A stretch of 64,000 nt of DNA from an uncultured Sphingomonadaceae bacterium (GTDB lineage Bacteria; Pseudomonadota; Alphaproteobacteria; Sphingomonadales; Sphingomonadaceae), in the NCBI GenBank assembly GCA_964383565.1, contig CAYLIK010000001.1, forward strand, positions 1,019 to 65,018. Direction: 5' to 3'. Both the position numbers and the translations under genes were made by a program. The notes below the pieces were generated by a model that saw only the letters and a program-made list of their open reading frames with translations, made no database searches and was not told the origin of the DNA. Positions 9,796-18,861 of this stretch are shown piece by piece. Numbering within the stretch: the stretch's first letter is position 1; each line of letters begins with the position of its first letter.

Positions 9796-10707
9796 TTAAC
9801 GGCGCGGCAAGAAATCGGCCAGATTGAGCATTGTCGCGACATGCCTGCGCGCCACCACGAGCCGATCGTCGCCATAGCCGCCGCCAAGGGTGCTCGCGAG
9901 CGCAATGCCTCGCATCTGGGCCTCGGCGCGCACGAAACGGTCGCGTTCCGCCAGCCCGGCGTCGGTCAGCGCCAACCGGCCGAGCTTGTCATCGGCATGC
10001 GGATCGACACCCCCCTGATAGAGGATCAGGTCCGGTACGAAGCGATCGATAACGGTCGGGAGCACCGCCTTGAGTTGCGCGAGATAATCGGCATCGGAAG
10101 CGTCGTCGGCAAGCGGCACGTCAAGCGACGACAATGCCTTGCGCACCGGAAAATTGCGCTCGGCATGCAGCGAGAGCGTGAAGATATCCTCCCGGCCAGC
10201 GGTCAGCATCGCCGTTCCGTCGCCCTGATGGACATCGAGATCGACTATCAGGATGCGGCGCGCATCGCCTTCCGCGATCAGGCGGTTGGCGGCGATCGCG
10301 AGATCGTTGAAAACGCAATAGCCCGCCCCGCTTTCCCACCCCGCATGATGGCTTCCCCCCGCAGCGTTGGCGGCATAACCATGGGTGCGCGCAAGACGCG
10401 CCGCCAGCCATGTTCCGCCAGCCGAGAGCAGGGAGCGCCGCGCGACATGTTCAGTCACGGGGAAGCCGATCCGCCGTTCCTTTTCACGCGGCACCGTCTG
10501 GCTCAGCACTTCTTCGACATAGTGCGGCGCGTGCACGGCCTCGACCCAGTTGCGCGACATGGGTTCGGGTTCATGCGGGGTGAACGCCGCGCCGCTGTCA
10601 CGCAGCGCTTCCATCACCAGGCCATATTTGTCGAAGCGGTAACGGCTGCCCGGCGGCGTGGGGGCGACATAGCCTGGATGATGGACGACATGGAGCACCG
10701 CTGCCAC
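9796..10707 (-). CDS. histone deacetylase-family (acetoin utilisation/acetylpolyamine amidohydrolase-like) protein
   Basis: Motifs [17 protein letters not shown] and GGGY. The long ORF (to 10884) would overlap the upstream SDR, so the start was moved to in-frame GTG 10707 (or 10698), just before VVHHPGY. Confidence 0.75.
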   Translation of the reverse strand: MAAVLHVVHHPGYVAPTPPGSRYRFDKYGLVMEALRDSGAAFTPHEPEPMSRNWVEAVHAPHYVEEVLSQTVPREKERRIGFPVTEHVARRSLLSAGGTWLAARLARTHGYAANAAGGSHHAGWESGAGYCVFNDLAIAANRLIAEGDARRILIVDLDVHQGDGTAMLTAGREDIFTLSLHAERNFPVRKALSSLDVPLADDASDADYLAQLKAVLPTVIDRFVPDLILYQGGVDPHADDKLGRLALTDAGLAERDRFVRAEAQMRGIALASTLGGGYGDDRLVVARRHVATMLNLADFLPRR

Positions 10708-10751
10708 AACGGCTAGACCAGAGCCGCTGTCCGGAAAATCGCTTTCTGCGA

Positions 10752-11582
10752 TCAGTTCGCGGTGGCCATCGCCTTGGCAACCGAGGCGTTGATTTCGTCC
10801 CGGGTGGGATTGCGGCGGAGTGTCAGCCCGCCATTCACCTGCAAATTCTCGCCAGTCATGAAGCATTCGTCGCTGGACAGCCATACGGCAGCGGCGGCGA
10901 CATCGTCCGACGTGCCGATGCGGCCCAGCGGATAAGCCGAATAGAAAGCCTCGAACAGCCCCGGCACCTGCTTGGCGTCGGCATTCATCGGCGTGTCGGT
11001 CAGGCCGGGCGAGATCGAGTTGGCGCGGATGCCGCGATCGCCGAATTCATTGGCGACGCAACGGATCACATGATCAACGCCCGCCTTGCACCCCATATAA
11101 GCCGCATGATCGTTGAGCATGATCGTCGCGGTCGCCGAGCTGATCTCGATTATCGACCCGCCATTCTTCATCGCGGGGATCATTGCCTGGAAGAACTGGA
11201 ACGGGCCGATGAACTGAAGCGCGGTCATCGCGTCTAGTTCCTCACGGGTGGTTTCGAGGAACGGTTTCAGCAGGCCCCATCCGGTCGCGTTGACCGCGAT
11301 GCTCACCTCGCCCATCGCAGCGGTCGCCGCGTCGGCCAACGCCTTCACCTCCGCTTCGCTGGTGATGTCGCAGGTCTTCCAGTGGCAGCCGGTTTCCTCC
11401 GCGAACGCGCGCAGCACATCGCCCTTGCGCCCGGCGACCATGACCTCCGCGCCTTCCTTCAGCAAACGGCGGGCGATATGTTGTCCCATATTATCCGGGC
11501 TGCTCGCCCCAAGGACCACGGCTTTCTTGCCGGCAAGTTTGGCCACGGCATCTCTCCTTATTGTCTCGACAACCGTTATCAT
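10752..11582 (-). CDS. SDR-family oxidoreductase
   Basis: Rossmann-type N-terminus [15 protein letters not shown] and catalytic YMGCK (YxxxK). Trimmed to Met10 of ORF 10752..11609. Confidence 0.7.
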   Translation of the reverse strand: MITVVETIRRDAVAKLAGKKAVVLGASSPDNMGQHIARRLLKEGAEVMVAGRKGDVLRAFAEETGCHWKTCDITSEAEVKALADAATAAMGEVSIAVNATGWGLLKPFLETTREELDAMTALQFIGPFQFFQAMIPAMKNGGSIIEISSATATIMLNDHAAYMGCKAGVDHVIRCVANEFGDRGIRANSISPGLTDTPMNADAKQVPGLFEAFYSAYPLGRIGTSDDVAAAAVWLSSDECFMTGENLQVNGGLTLRRNPTRDEINASVAKAMATAN

Positions 11583-11676
11583 CCGCCGCCAGCGCAAAAT
11601 CCTGACCAAAAAGGGAGTGGCTGGCGGGCGGCAGAACGCCCACTAAAACCTTCCGTATAAATCAGGAGAGAGAAGC

Positions 11677-12438
11677 ATGGACCTTGGGCTCAAGGGTAAG
11701 AAGGTCATCCTGACCGGCGGCAGTCGCGGCATCGGTCGCGCCGCCGTGGAGATTTTCGCCCAGGAAGGCGCGGACGTGATCTTCTGCTCGCGCAACGGCG
11801 ATCAGGCGGCTGAGGTGGCATCGAGCCTCGCATCGCATGGCGGCAAGGTTATCGGCCAGGCCTTCGACATGGAATCGGGCGCCGACGCCTACAAGGCATG
11901 GCTGTCAAAGGCGGCCGAAACGATCGGCGGGTGCGACATCTTCGTGCCGATGATCTCCACTTCTGGCGCCGGCGCCACCGGCGACTGGCAGAAAACATTC
12001 GACTATGACGTTATGGGCGCTGTGCTCGGCTGCGAGACGCTTGAGCCTTGGCTGGAAAAGTCCGGCACGGGGTCGGTGGTCATCATGTCCAGCACGGCGG
12101 GTCTCGAAACCTTTATCGTCCCGCAGGGCTATAATGCGCTGAAGGGCACGCTGCTGGTCTATGCCAAGCAGCTCGGCCAGGCCTGGGGGCCGAAGAACAT
12201 CCGCATCAACTGCGTGTCGCCCGGCCCGATCAAGTTTCCCGGCGGCAACTGGGAAGCGATCGAGCAGCATATGCCCGATCTCTACAAGGCGACCGAGGTC
12301 GATTTCGCGCTCGGCCGCTGGGGCGGTCCCGAGGAAGTGGCGAAGACCGTCGTTTTCCTCGCGTCACCGGCTTCGTCCTACACCACCGGCACCAACGTGG
12401 TGATCGACGGCGGCTACACCAAGCGGGTCCAGTTCTAA
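11677..12438 (+). CDS. SDR-family oxidoreductase
   Basis: TGGSRGIGRA cofactor motif and YNALK catalytic motif. RBS AGGAGAG lies upstream of the ATG. Confidence 0.8.
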   Translation: MDLGLKGKKVILTGGSRGIGRAAVEIFAQEGADVIFCSRNGDQAAEVASSLASHGGKVIGQAFDMESGADAYKAWLSKAAETIGGCDIFVPMISTSGAGATGDWQKTFDYDVMGAVLGCETLEPWLEKSGTGSVVIMSSTAGLETFIVPQGYNALKGTLLVYAKQLGQAWGPKNIRINCVSPGPIKFPGGNWEAIEQHMPDLYKATEVDFALGRWGGPEEVAKTVVFLASPASSYTTGTNVVIDGGYTKRVQF

Positions 12439-12448
12439 GGAGCGAATC

Positions 12449-12940
12449 ATGGGGATCGGCGTTCAGGGTGTGCACCATATCGGGGTGTCGGTCCCCGATC
12501 TCGCCAAGGCGCGGGAGTTCTACATCGATCTGCTGGGCGCTGTGGAGGAGGTCGAGCCGCTAAGCTGGAAGGACAATCCCTTCATCGATGAAATCATCGG
12601 ACTGAAGAACAGCGCGGCCAACCAGTTCATGTGCCGGCTGGGCAACACCCATCTCGAAGTCTTCGAATATCACGCGCCCCGCTCCGGTCCGCAGGACCCG
12701 AACCGGGGCGTGAACAATTTCGGCTACACCCATTTCGGCGTGCAGGTGGATGATATCCAGGCCTGTTACCAGCGGCTGCTCGCCGCCGGCATCCGCGTCC
12801 ATGCCCCGCCGGCGGATACGATCACCACGCATCCTGACGGCTCAAAGACCGGCTACAGCGCCACCTATTGCCGCGACTTCTTCGGCAATGTCTTCGAGAT
12901 CCTGGAAATTCACGAAACCGACGAGATCAAGCCGATCTGA
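12449..12940 (+). CDS. VOC (glyoxalase/bleomycin-resistance/dioxygenase) family protein
   Basis: VHHIGVSVPDLAKAREFY...THFGVQVDDIQACYQRL paired beta-alpha-beta-beta-beta modules. RBS AAGGAG. 163 aa. Confidence 0.7.
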   Translation: MGIGVQGVHHIGVSVPDLAKAREFYIDLLGAVEEVEPLSWKDNPFIDEIIGLKNSAANQFMCRLGNTHLEVFEYHAPRSGPQDPNRGVNNFGYTHFGVQVDDIQACYQRLLAAGIRVHAPPADTITTHPDGSKTGYSATYCRDFFGNVFEILEIHETDEIKPI

Positions 12941-12943
12941 CCT

Positions 12944-13453
12944 TCAGGCCGGCGCCATGTCGTTATGACCCGGCCCGAAACCGTCAGCGAGATTGATCGG
13001 GCCTTCAGCCCCCGCCGGCGTCTGCGACCCGGTCGCGGCATTGAGATAGAAGGTCAGCCGGGTGAGCCTCCACACGCCATCCGCCTTGGCTGCCGTGAAG
13101 ACGTAGCGGCCACAGAAAATGCCGTCGTCGTGATGCGCCGTCCCTTTGGTGCGGACATGCGTGATCGAGGCGCATTCGGCCCGCGCGGTTTTGCCCGACA
13201 CGTCAATGCGGGGCAGGCCGAACAGGTGCATGCGGCGGTCGTAGCCGCCCTCCAGCTTGGACACGAAGGGCAGGAATTCAGCGGGCGTGCCACGGAACAT
13301 GCCGCCGAAATCGATATCGGCGTCGGCGGAGAAGAGACCCGGCATGCCTGCCCAATCCAGCCAGTCCGTCATGGTTGCGTAACGCGCGATCAGCCGGTTC
13401 ACCGCTGCTTCGGCAATCAGGGTTTCGAGGCTGCCCTCATTCTGCACACTCAT
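12944..13453 (-). CDS. NTF2-like (SnoaL_4-type) protein
   Basis: ORF 12944..13720 trimmed to Met90 (MSVQNEGSLETLIAEAAVNRLIARY...). That ATG overlaps the stop of the upstream reductase (ATGA at 13450-13453). The discarded extension is Arg-rich and non-coding-like. Confidence 0.6.
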   Translation of the reverse strand: MSVQNEGSLETLIAEAAVNRLIARYATMTDWLDWAGMPGLFSADADIDFGGMFRGTPAEFLPFVSKLEGGYDRRMHLFGLPRIDVSGKTARAECASITHVRTKGTAHHDDGIFCGRYVFTAAKADGVWRLTRLTFYLNAATGSQTPAGAEGPINLADGFGPGHNDMAPA

Positions 13454-14487
13454 TGTCCCGCCTCCGGAAGATCCATTTCGAGGACGGATTTGCCGATGGT
13501 CTTGCCGCTCATCAGTTCGCAGAACAGCTCGCCGGCCTTGTCGATGCCGACCTTCTTGTTCTCCATCACCTTGAGCCAGCCCGAGCGCACGCCTTCGAGA
13601 TTTGTCTCGAGCGCGGCGGGCAGATGATCGTTGTAGGAGTAAAGCAGAAAGCCCTTCAGCTCGAGCTCGCGGGCCACGATCTGCCATGCGTTGAACAGCG
13701 GCGGCGGATTTTCCGAGCAATTGTAGCTCGACACCATGCCGCAGCAGACGATGCGTCCGAAGGTCTTCATATTGTTGAGCATCGCGTCGAGCGTCGGCCC
13801 GCCGACATTGTCATAATAGACGTCGACCCCCTCGGGGCAGACTTCCTTGATCGCCCCCTCCAGATTGGCCGCGTCCTTATAGTTGACCACCGCGTCATAG
13901 CCGATCTCTTCAAGCGCGATCTTCGCCTTCTTCTCGCCCCCGACGATGCCGATCACGCGGCAACCCTTATGCTTGGCATATTGCGCGGCGACATGGCCGA
14001 CCGCGCCGACCGCGGCGCTGATCACCACCGTCTCGCCCGCCTTCATCCGGCCGATCACATCGAGGCCGACAATGGCGGTCAGTCCCGATCCGCCCAGCGC
14101 GCCGACATAATAGGTCAGCGGCATATCCTCGGCGATGTCGAGTTTCTGGAGGAGAATCGTGTCCTTGTTGGCGATGGTGTAATCTTCCCACCCCATCAGC
14201 CCGCGAATATAGTCGCCGGGAGCGTAGCCGGGCAGGTTTGACTTGATCACCTGGCCCATCGCCGGCGCCATCATCGTCGCGCCGATCGGCAGCGGCTCGA
14301 AATAATTCTTGTCATTGTCGTCGAGCCAGCCCCGGATCGCCGGCTCCATCGAGATGGCGCGCACGCGCACCAGCATCTCGCCGTCCTTCGGCTCCGGAAC
14401 CTCACCCTCTTGCAGACGGAAATTGGCGGGCACCGGCTCGCCGTTGGGACGGCTGGCCAGAACGACCTGACGATTGACGGGCATCAA
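13450..14487 (-). CDS. NADP-dependent MDR oxidoreductase (PTGR1/YncB/CurA-type alkenal/enone reductase family)
   Basis: 345 aa. Starts NRQVVLASRPNGEPVPANFRL and carries the nucleotide motif AAVGAVGHVAAQYAKHKGCRVIGIVGG. Paralog of 21473..22483 and 25771..26784. Confidence 0.8.
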   Translation of the reverse strand: MMPVNRQVVLASRPNGEPVPANFRLQEGEVPEPKDGEMLVRVRAISMEPAIRGWLDDNDKNYFEPLPIGATMMAPAMGQVIKSNLPGYAPGDYIRGLMGWEDYTIANKDTILLQKLDIAEDMPLTYYVGALGGSGLTAIVGLDVIGRMKAGETVVISAAVGAVGHVAAQYAKHKGCRVIGIVGGEKKAKIALEEIGYDAVVNYKDAANLEGAIKEVCPEGVDVYYDNVGGPTLDAMLNNMKTFGRIVCCGMVSSYNCSENPPPLFNAWQIVARELELKGFLLYSYNDHLPAALETNLEGVRSGWLKVMENKKVGIDKAGELFCELMSGKTIGKSVLEMDLPEAGQ

Positions 14488-14512
14488 CTACTCCTCATTT
14501 TATAATGTCTGT

Positions 14513-14929
14513 TCAAACAGCCGCGAGTATCTGGCGCTGCGGGCGGGGAATGTCGGTGGCGAGTTCGGCTGGATCGAAATAATCCCGCCACTCGCAGATC
14601 TTGCCGTCGCGGAGCCTGAAGACGCCTACGCAGCGCAGCGATTTCCAGACGCCGTTCATCTGCACGCGATCGGTGCGCTCGTTCATCACCAGATCGCCTT
14701 CACCAATCTGGTTGTGGACGATCCAGTCGGATTCCTCGACATTGAAGCCAGCCAGATTGCTCATCACCGCATCGCGGCCGATGACCGGCTCCCAGGGCAT
14801 GTTCTGATAGGCGACGTCTTCGCTCAACAAATCGCCGACGACTTTCCAGTCGACCCGATTCCAGGCGTCGATAAAGGCCCACACGACATCCTTGTTGGTC
14901 ATCCTCTTCGCCTTATCCGCCAGCTTCAT
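14513..14929 (-). CDS. limonene-1,2-epoxide-hydrolase-like NTF2-fold protein
   Basis: VVWAFIDAWNRVDW...DVAYQNMPWEPVIGRDAV...LRDGKICEWRDYFD resembles the LEH family (recalled). The start is uncertain (Met26 at 14929 or Met35 at 14902 of ORF 14513..15004). Confidence 0.5.
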   Translation of the reverse strand: MKLADKAKRMTNKDVVWAFIDAWNRVDWKVVGDLLSEDVAYQNMPWEPVIGRDAVMSNLAGFNVEESDWIVHNQIGEGDLVMNERTDRVQMNGVWKSLRCVGVFRLRDGKICEWRDYFDPAELATDIPRPQRQILAAV

Positions 14930-15132
14930 TGCGAGGAAAATCGGCTCCTCGATGAAGCCAGCATGGCAGGCCCGGATTGGGCTGACAGCTGCTCTTTGTG
15001 CCAACTCCCCCGCTCGATGGATGAGATCTTCCTATCCAAAGTCACAGGGCGGACGGCGGAATATTTTGATCTGCGTCAATCTGGCGTGTCGCGGTTCGTG
15101 GGACGGTAAGCCCAGTCTATAGGAGAGGCGAC

Positions 15133-16425
15133 ATGGCCGATTTAGACGCTCGCGATTCATTGCGCGTTGCCCGTTGCCCGGACGTGAGTTGGGAAGATAT
15201 CGTAAGGGCGGACAAGATCCAGCCGCCGTCGTTCATGATGGTCGATCATTCCGGCCATATCGGTTCGGAACCTATTGCGACGTCGCGCTATCATGATCCC
15301 GAATTCTTTCGCCTGGAAATCGAGAAAATGTGGCCGCACGTCTGGCAGTTTGCCGCGCGTGACGAGGACATCCCCGAGGCTGGCGATTACCTAACCTATG
15401 AGAATGCGGGTCGCTCCTATCTGCTCGTCCGGCAAGAGGATGACAGCGTAAAGGCTTTTCACAATGTCTGCCTGCATCGCGGCCGCAAGCTCGCCACCGA
15501 CAGCGGCTTTGCCGACAAGTTCGTCTGCCCCTTCCATGGCTTTGCCTGGAACACCGACGGCACGCTCAAGGACATTCCCTGCCGCTGGGACTTCGATCAT
15601 CTGACCGATCAGAAGATGAAGCTGCCGGAGGCGACTGTCGCGCGCTGGCAGGGCTACATCTTCCTGCGCGAAAACCCGGAGGGACCGACAATCGAGGAGT
15701 ATCTCGATCCGCTGCCAGACTATTTCAAGCGGTGGCGCCACGATGAGTGCGTGACCGTGGCCTGGGTCGGCAAGGTCGTGAAGGCCAACTGGAAGATCAC
15801 GATGGAAGCTTTCATGGAAAGCTACCACGCTTATGTGACCCACCCGCAGCTGATGCCGTTCACCGGCGACGCCAACGCCGCCTATTATGTGCTCGGCGAT
15901 CATGTGAACGTGAACTACACGTCGTTCGGCACGGTCTCGCCGCATCTGAACGGCCTGCAGCGCCCAGAACAGTGGATCGTGGACGAGTTCGTCAAATATA
16001 ACGGACGGTCTTCGGACAATTACGACCCCCAGAAGGATAACTACAACGTCCAGGTGCCCGAGGGCATGACCGCACGGGAAGCGTTGGGCGACGCGATGCG
16101 CGCAAGCTCGGCGCGCGCGTTTGGCGGCGATTATTCGCAGGTCTCGGAAGCCGAACTGCTCGATGCGCTGGTCTATAACGTCTTCCCCAATTTCGCGCCG
16201 TGGGGCGGGTTCATGCCCAACATCGTCTATCGCTGGCGGCCGTGGCCGGACCAGAATTCCTGCCTGATGGAGGTCCGGGTCATCGCCCGCGTACCCGAAG
16301 GCCAGCCGCGGCCGCGCGGCGTGCCGATGCACATGCTGACGGAAGACGAAAACTGGGCCGACGCGCCGGAGCTGGGCGTGCTGGGCGCGGTCGTCGATCA
16401 GGACATGACCAATATGGAGCTGTGA
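15133..16425 (+). CDS. Rieske non-heme iron oxygenase alpha subunit (subfamily A), ended by an in-frame TGA before the conserved C-terminal tail
   Basis: Rieske CLHRGRKL...CPFHGFAW. Mononuclear iron motif NWKITMEAFMESYHAYVTHP. RBS TAGGAGAGG. Closest paralog is 41762..43198. See the finding on the TGA at 16423-16425. Confidence 0.8.
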   Translation: MADLDARDSLRVARCPDVSWEDIVRADKIQPPSFMMVDHSGHIGSEPIATSRYHDPEFFRLEIEKMWPHVWQFAARDEDIPEAGDYLTYENAGRSYLLVRQEDDSVKAFHNVCLHRGRKLATDSGFADKFVCPFHGFAWNTDGTLKDIPCRWDFDHLTDQKMKLPEATVARWQGYIFLRENPEGPTIEEYLDPLPDYFKRWRHDECVTVAWVGKVVKANWKITMEAFMESYHAYVTHPQLMPFTGDANAAYYVLGDHVNVNYTSFGTVSPHLNGLQRPEQWIVDEFVKYNGRSSDNYDPQKDNYNVQVPEGMTAREALGDAMRASSARAFGGDYSQVSEAELLDALVYNVFPNFAPWGGFMPNIVYRWRPWPDQNSCLMEVRVIARVPEGQPRPRGVPMHMLTEDENWADAPELGVLGAVVDQDMTNMEL

Positions 16426-16533
16426 CATGAAGGTCTGAAATGCTCGAAGAACGGCAAGGTGGAACTCGGTGACTATCAGGAGATCCGCATCCGGCATTTC
16501 CACCAGCTACTCGACACGTACATCAACCGCTGA
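16426..16533 (+). other. in-frame continuation of the Rieske ORF beyond the TGA (conserved C-terminal tail)
   Basis: The same frame reads HEGLKCSKNGKVELGDYQEIRIRHFHQLLDTYINR then TGA at 16531-16533. This aligns with QDGLHCSKTGEVNLGDYQEIRIRQFHQTLDKYL of the paralog. Confidence 0.65.
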
Positions 16534-16550
16534 AGACGAGGAGATCCGCC

Positions 16551-17738
16551 ATGACTGACATCATCAAGGCATATGGCGATGCAGCGGAGAAGATGCTGCA
16601 CTTCGTAGAGACCCGGACCACCGATCAGGCGGCGCACACGATGCGCGTTCCGGTCGAAAACTATCTCGATCCGGTGCGCTGGCAGAGGGAACTCGACCTG
16701 ATATTCAAGCGGCTGCCGCTGATGCTGGCGCTGACGAACGAACTGCCGAACATCAACGACTACAAGGCAGCGGACGTGATGGGCATGCCTGTCCTCATCA
16801 CCCGCGCCAAAGACGGTAAGGCGCGCGCCTTCCTGAACGTCTGCAAGCATCGCGCAATGCACATGGCCAAGGAAGGCAAGGGCAAGGGCAACTGCTCCCG
16901 CTTCGCCTGCCAATATCATGGCTGGACCTATGCCAATGACGGCCATCTGATCGGCATTGCCGAGGCAAGCACGTTCGGGGACGTCGACAAGGCAACCCTC
17001 AACCTGACCGAATTGCCGACGCAGGAGATCGCAGGGATGATCTTCGTGATTCTGACGCCGGGGTTGCCGATCGACGTGCCCGAGTTCCTGGGGGGGATGC
17101 TCGACGATCTCGCCGCGCTCAAGCTGGAGACCTGGTATTACCACAAATCCCGCCCGATGATCGGTGCGAACTGGAAGGTCGCTTATGACGGCTATCTGGA
17201 GGGCTATCATTTCCAGTCTGCCCACACCAACACGGTGGCGACGCGCACGCCTTCGAATCGCGCCAATTACGAAGCCTTCGGTCCGCATATCCGGCTTGGC
17301 TTCCCGCAGAACAACATCGGCCGGCTGAAGGATCTCCCGCGCGACCAATGGGGCGCTCAGGAGAATCATGGCTTCGATTTCGTCAGGGTGCTCTTCCCCA
17401 ACTTCAGCTTCTTTCTGGCGCCGGAGATGTGCCAGTATGCGCAGCTGTTTCCCGGACCGACGCCGGACCGGAACACGACCGTGCTCAACTATATCTATCC
17501 GAAGAAGCCGGAGAGCGAAGCCGAGCTCAAACGGCTCGACGAGATGTGCGACTTCTTCTTCGATGTCGTTGAGGAAGAAGATTATTTCCTCGGTCTGAAG
17601 GTTCAGAACGGGCTTGAATCCGGCGCGATGAAGCATGTGACATTCGGCCGGAACGAGCCCGGCAACCAGTATTTCCATAAATGGGTGGATTATTATTTGG
17701 CGGAAGGAACCCTGCCAAAGCCGCTGCTCAGGATATGA
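16551..17738 (+). CDS. Rieske non-heme iron oxygenase alpha subunit (subfamily C)
   Basis: CKHRAMHM...CQYHGWTY Rieske motif and NWKVAYDGYLEGYHFQSAH iron motif. RBS GAGGAG. 395 aa. The C-terminus matches the partial ORF at the window end. Confidence 0.8.
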   Translation: MTDIIKAYGDAAEKMLHFVETRTTDQAAHTMRVPVENYLDPVRWQRELDLIFKRLPLMLALTNELPNINDYKAADVMGMPVLITRAKDGKARAFLNVCKHRAMHMAKEGKGKGNCSRFACQYHGWTYANDGHLIGIAEASTFGDVDKATLNLTELPTQEIAGMIFVILTPGLPIDVPEFLGGMLDDLAALKLETWYYHKSRPMIGANWKVAYDGYLEGYHFQSAHTNTVATRTPSNRANYEAFGPHIRLGFPQNNIGRLKDLPRDQWGAQENHGFDFVRVLFPNFSFFLAPEMCQYAQLFPGPTPDRNTTVLNYIYPKKPESEAELKRLDEMCDFFFDVVEEEDYFLGLKVQNGLESGAMKHVTFGRNEPGNQYFHKWVDYYLAEGTLPKPLLRI

Positions 17739-17852
17739 GCAGCATTATAGTACAAGTGGCGTTGCGTGGTGACGGGCATTCTATCCCCCCGGCCAAAAGC
17801 ATAGGGCGTGGAATGCCTCCTGCACCTATCTCATTGTAGTGTTTGACCCTGG

Positions 17853-17882
17853 CCGACGAGCGCGTCAAAAGGCGCTCGTCGG
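17853..17882 (+). terminator. perfect 11-bp stem-loop between the oxygenase and ferredoxin genes
   Basis: CCGACGAGCGC-GTCAAAAG-GCGCTCGTCGG followed by TTCGTTCG, which is only a weak T tract. Confidence 0.35.
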
Positions 17883-17918
17883 TTCGTTCGCGCCGATGAG
17901 AGGGTAACAAGACAAGTC

Positions 17919-18269
17919 ATGAGCGAAAGCTGGCATAATATCCTGGCCGAGGCCGATTTCCCGGCCGAAGGCAAGGCGACCACGATCCTCAACGGGTGGC
18001 ATGTGCTCGTGGCGAAGACCGACGACGGCTATCACGCGATCAACGACCGCTGCACCCACGCCGCCTCGCATCTCTCGGGCGGCCGGGTCCGGCGCGGCGC
18101 GATCATGTGCCCGCTGCACGGCGCGCGGTTCGAACTGGCCAGCGGCAAGTGTCTCGGCGGCACTTATCGCGACGTGCGCACCTTCCCATTGCGGGTCGAG
18201 AATGGCCAGATCGAAGTCGCCATTCCAGACGCGCAGCCGAAGGTCGACGAGCTGCCGATCTCGCTCTGA
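17919..18269 (+). CDS. Rieske-type [2Fe-2S] ferredoxin (oxygenase electron-transfer component)
   Basis: 116 aa with CTHAASHL...CPLHGARF. No catalytic domain. Confidence 0.75.
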   Translation: MSESWHNILAEADFPAEGKATTILNGWHVLVAKTDDGYHAINDRCTHAASHLSGGRVRRGAIMCPLHGARFELASGKCLGGTYRDVRTFPLRVENGQIEVAIPDAQPKVDELPISL

Positions 18270-18347
18270 CCTGCCCTTTGCGGCAGGTGGCTGAAACGCC
18301 GCCGGAATCTACGATCTCCCCACATCAACGATATGAGGAGAGACCTG

Positions 18348-18758
18348 ATGGCTTTTACTGGCCCCGCCGAAGACCGGCTCGCCATACGCGAGTTGCTGGA
18401 CGTTTATGCCGACGCGGTGACGCGCTGCGACGCGAACGACTGGGGCGCCACCTGGGCCGAGGACGCGCAATGGTCCATGCCCGACTATCCCGAGTTCGGG
18501 ACGACCAACGGCAAGACGGCTATCGTCGCCATGTGGATTGAGGCGATGAAAGTTTATCCCGGCCTGATGTTCGAGGCCTGGCCCGGATCGATCGAGATCA
18601 GCGGCAATGAAGCGAAGGTGTTGAGCTACACCGCCGAGGTTTACGAGCAGGACGGCAAGACCGTGCGCGATCGCGGGCGTTATGAAGATGTGTGCGTCAA
18701 GATCGACGGCAAGTGGCTGTTCAAGAGCCGCTCGTTCCGGAACATCCATCGGCAGTAG
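18348..18758 (+). CDS. NTF2-like (SnoaL-type) protein
   Basis: MAFTGPAEDRLAIRELLDVYADAVTRCD... Paralog of 52240..52659 (MTFTGPVEDRLAIHELVATYGDAVTRYD). Start set at Met6 behind GAGGAGA. Confidence 0.6.
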   Translation: MAFTGPAEDRLAIRELLDVYADAVTRCDANDWGATWAEDAQWSMPDYPEFGTTNGKTAIVAMWIEAMKVYPGLMFEAWPGSIEISGNEAKVLSYTAEVYEQDGKTVRDRGRYEDVCVKIDGKWLFKSRSFRNIHRQ

Positions 18759-18767
18759 CTTTTGATC

Positions 18768-18789
18768 CCCCTCCCTTTCAAGGGAGGGG
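18768..18789. terminator. GC-rich hairpin CCCCTCCCT-TTCA-AGGGAGGGG
   Basis: 9-bp stem and tetraloop directly after the stop at 18756-18758, between convergent genes. Confidence 0.4.
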
Positions 18790-18807
18790 AAGTGTTTGGT
18801 AGAATCA

Positions 18808-18844
18808 GAAAGGGGAGCCGTTTCCGGCTCCCCTTTCCTTTTTG
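18808..18844 (+). terminator. Rho-independent terminator (possibly bidirectional)
   Basis: Perfect 13-bp stem GAAAGGGGAGCCG-TTTC-CGGCTCCCCTTTC followed by CTTTTTG. Lies between convergent genes. Confidence 0.6.
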
Positions 18845-18861
18845 CGACCTTTCGAAGGATC

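Noticed and set aside
13454-13720. Long N-terminal extensions proposed by the ORF track, for example at 12944..13720, 45747..46466, 33514..34749, 28396..29703, 50289..51194, 43125..44117 and 62620..63174.
   Set aside because: The extensions are Arg/Pro/Gly-rich and overlap the upstream genes. Internal starts have an RBS or an ATGA/GTGA/TGATG overlap with the upstream stop, and they give proteins of family-typical length.
16423-16425. The in-frame TGA in the Rieske gene read as a selenocysteine codon.
   Set aside because: The aligned position in the four paralogs is V, M or Q, not Cys. It lies outside any redox motif. I saw no obvious SECIS-like hairpin immediately downstream, and no sel genes are in the window. 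Nonsense mutation, sequencing error or leaky readthrough are more likely.
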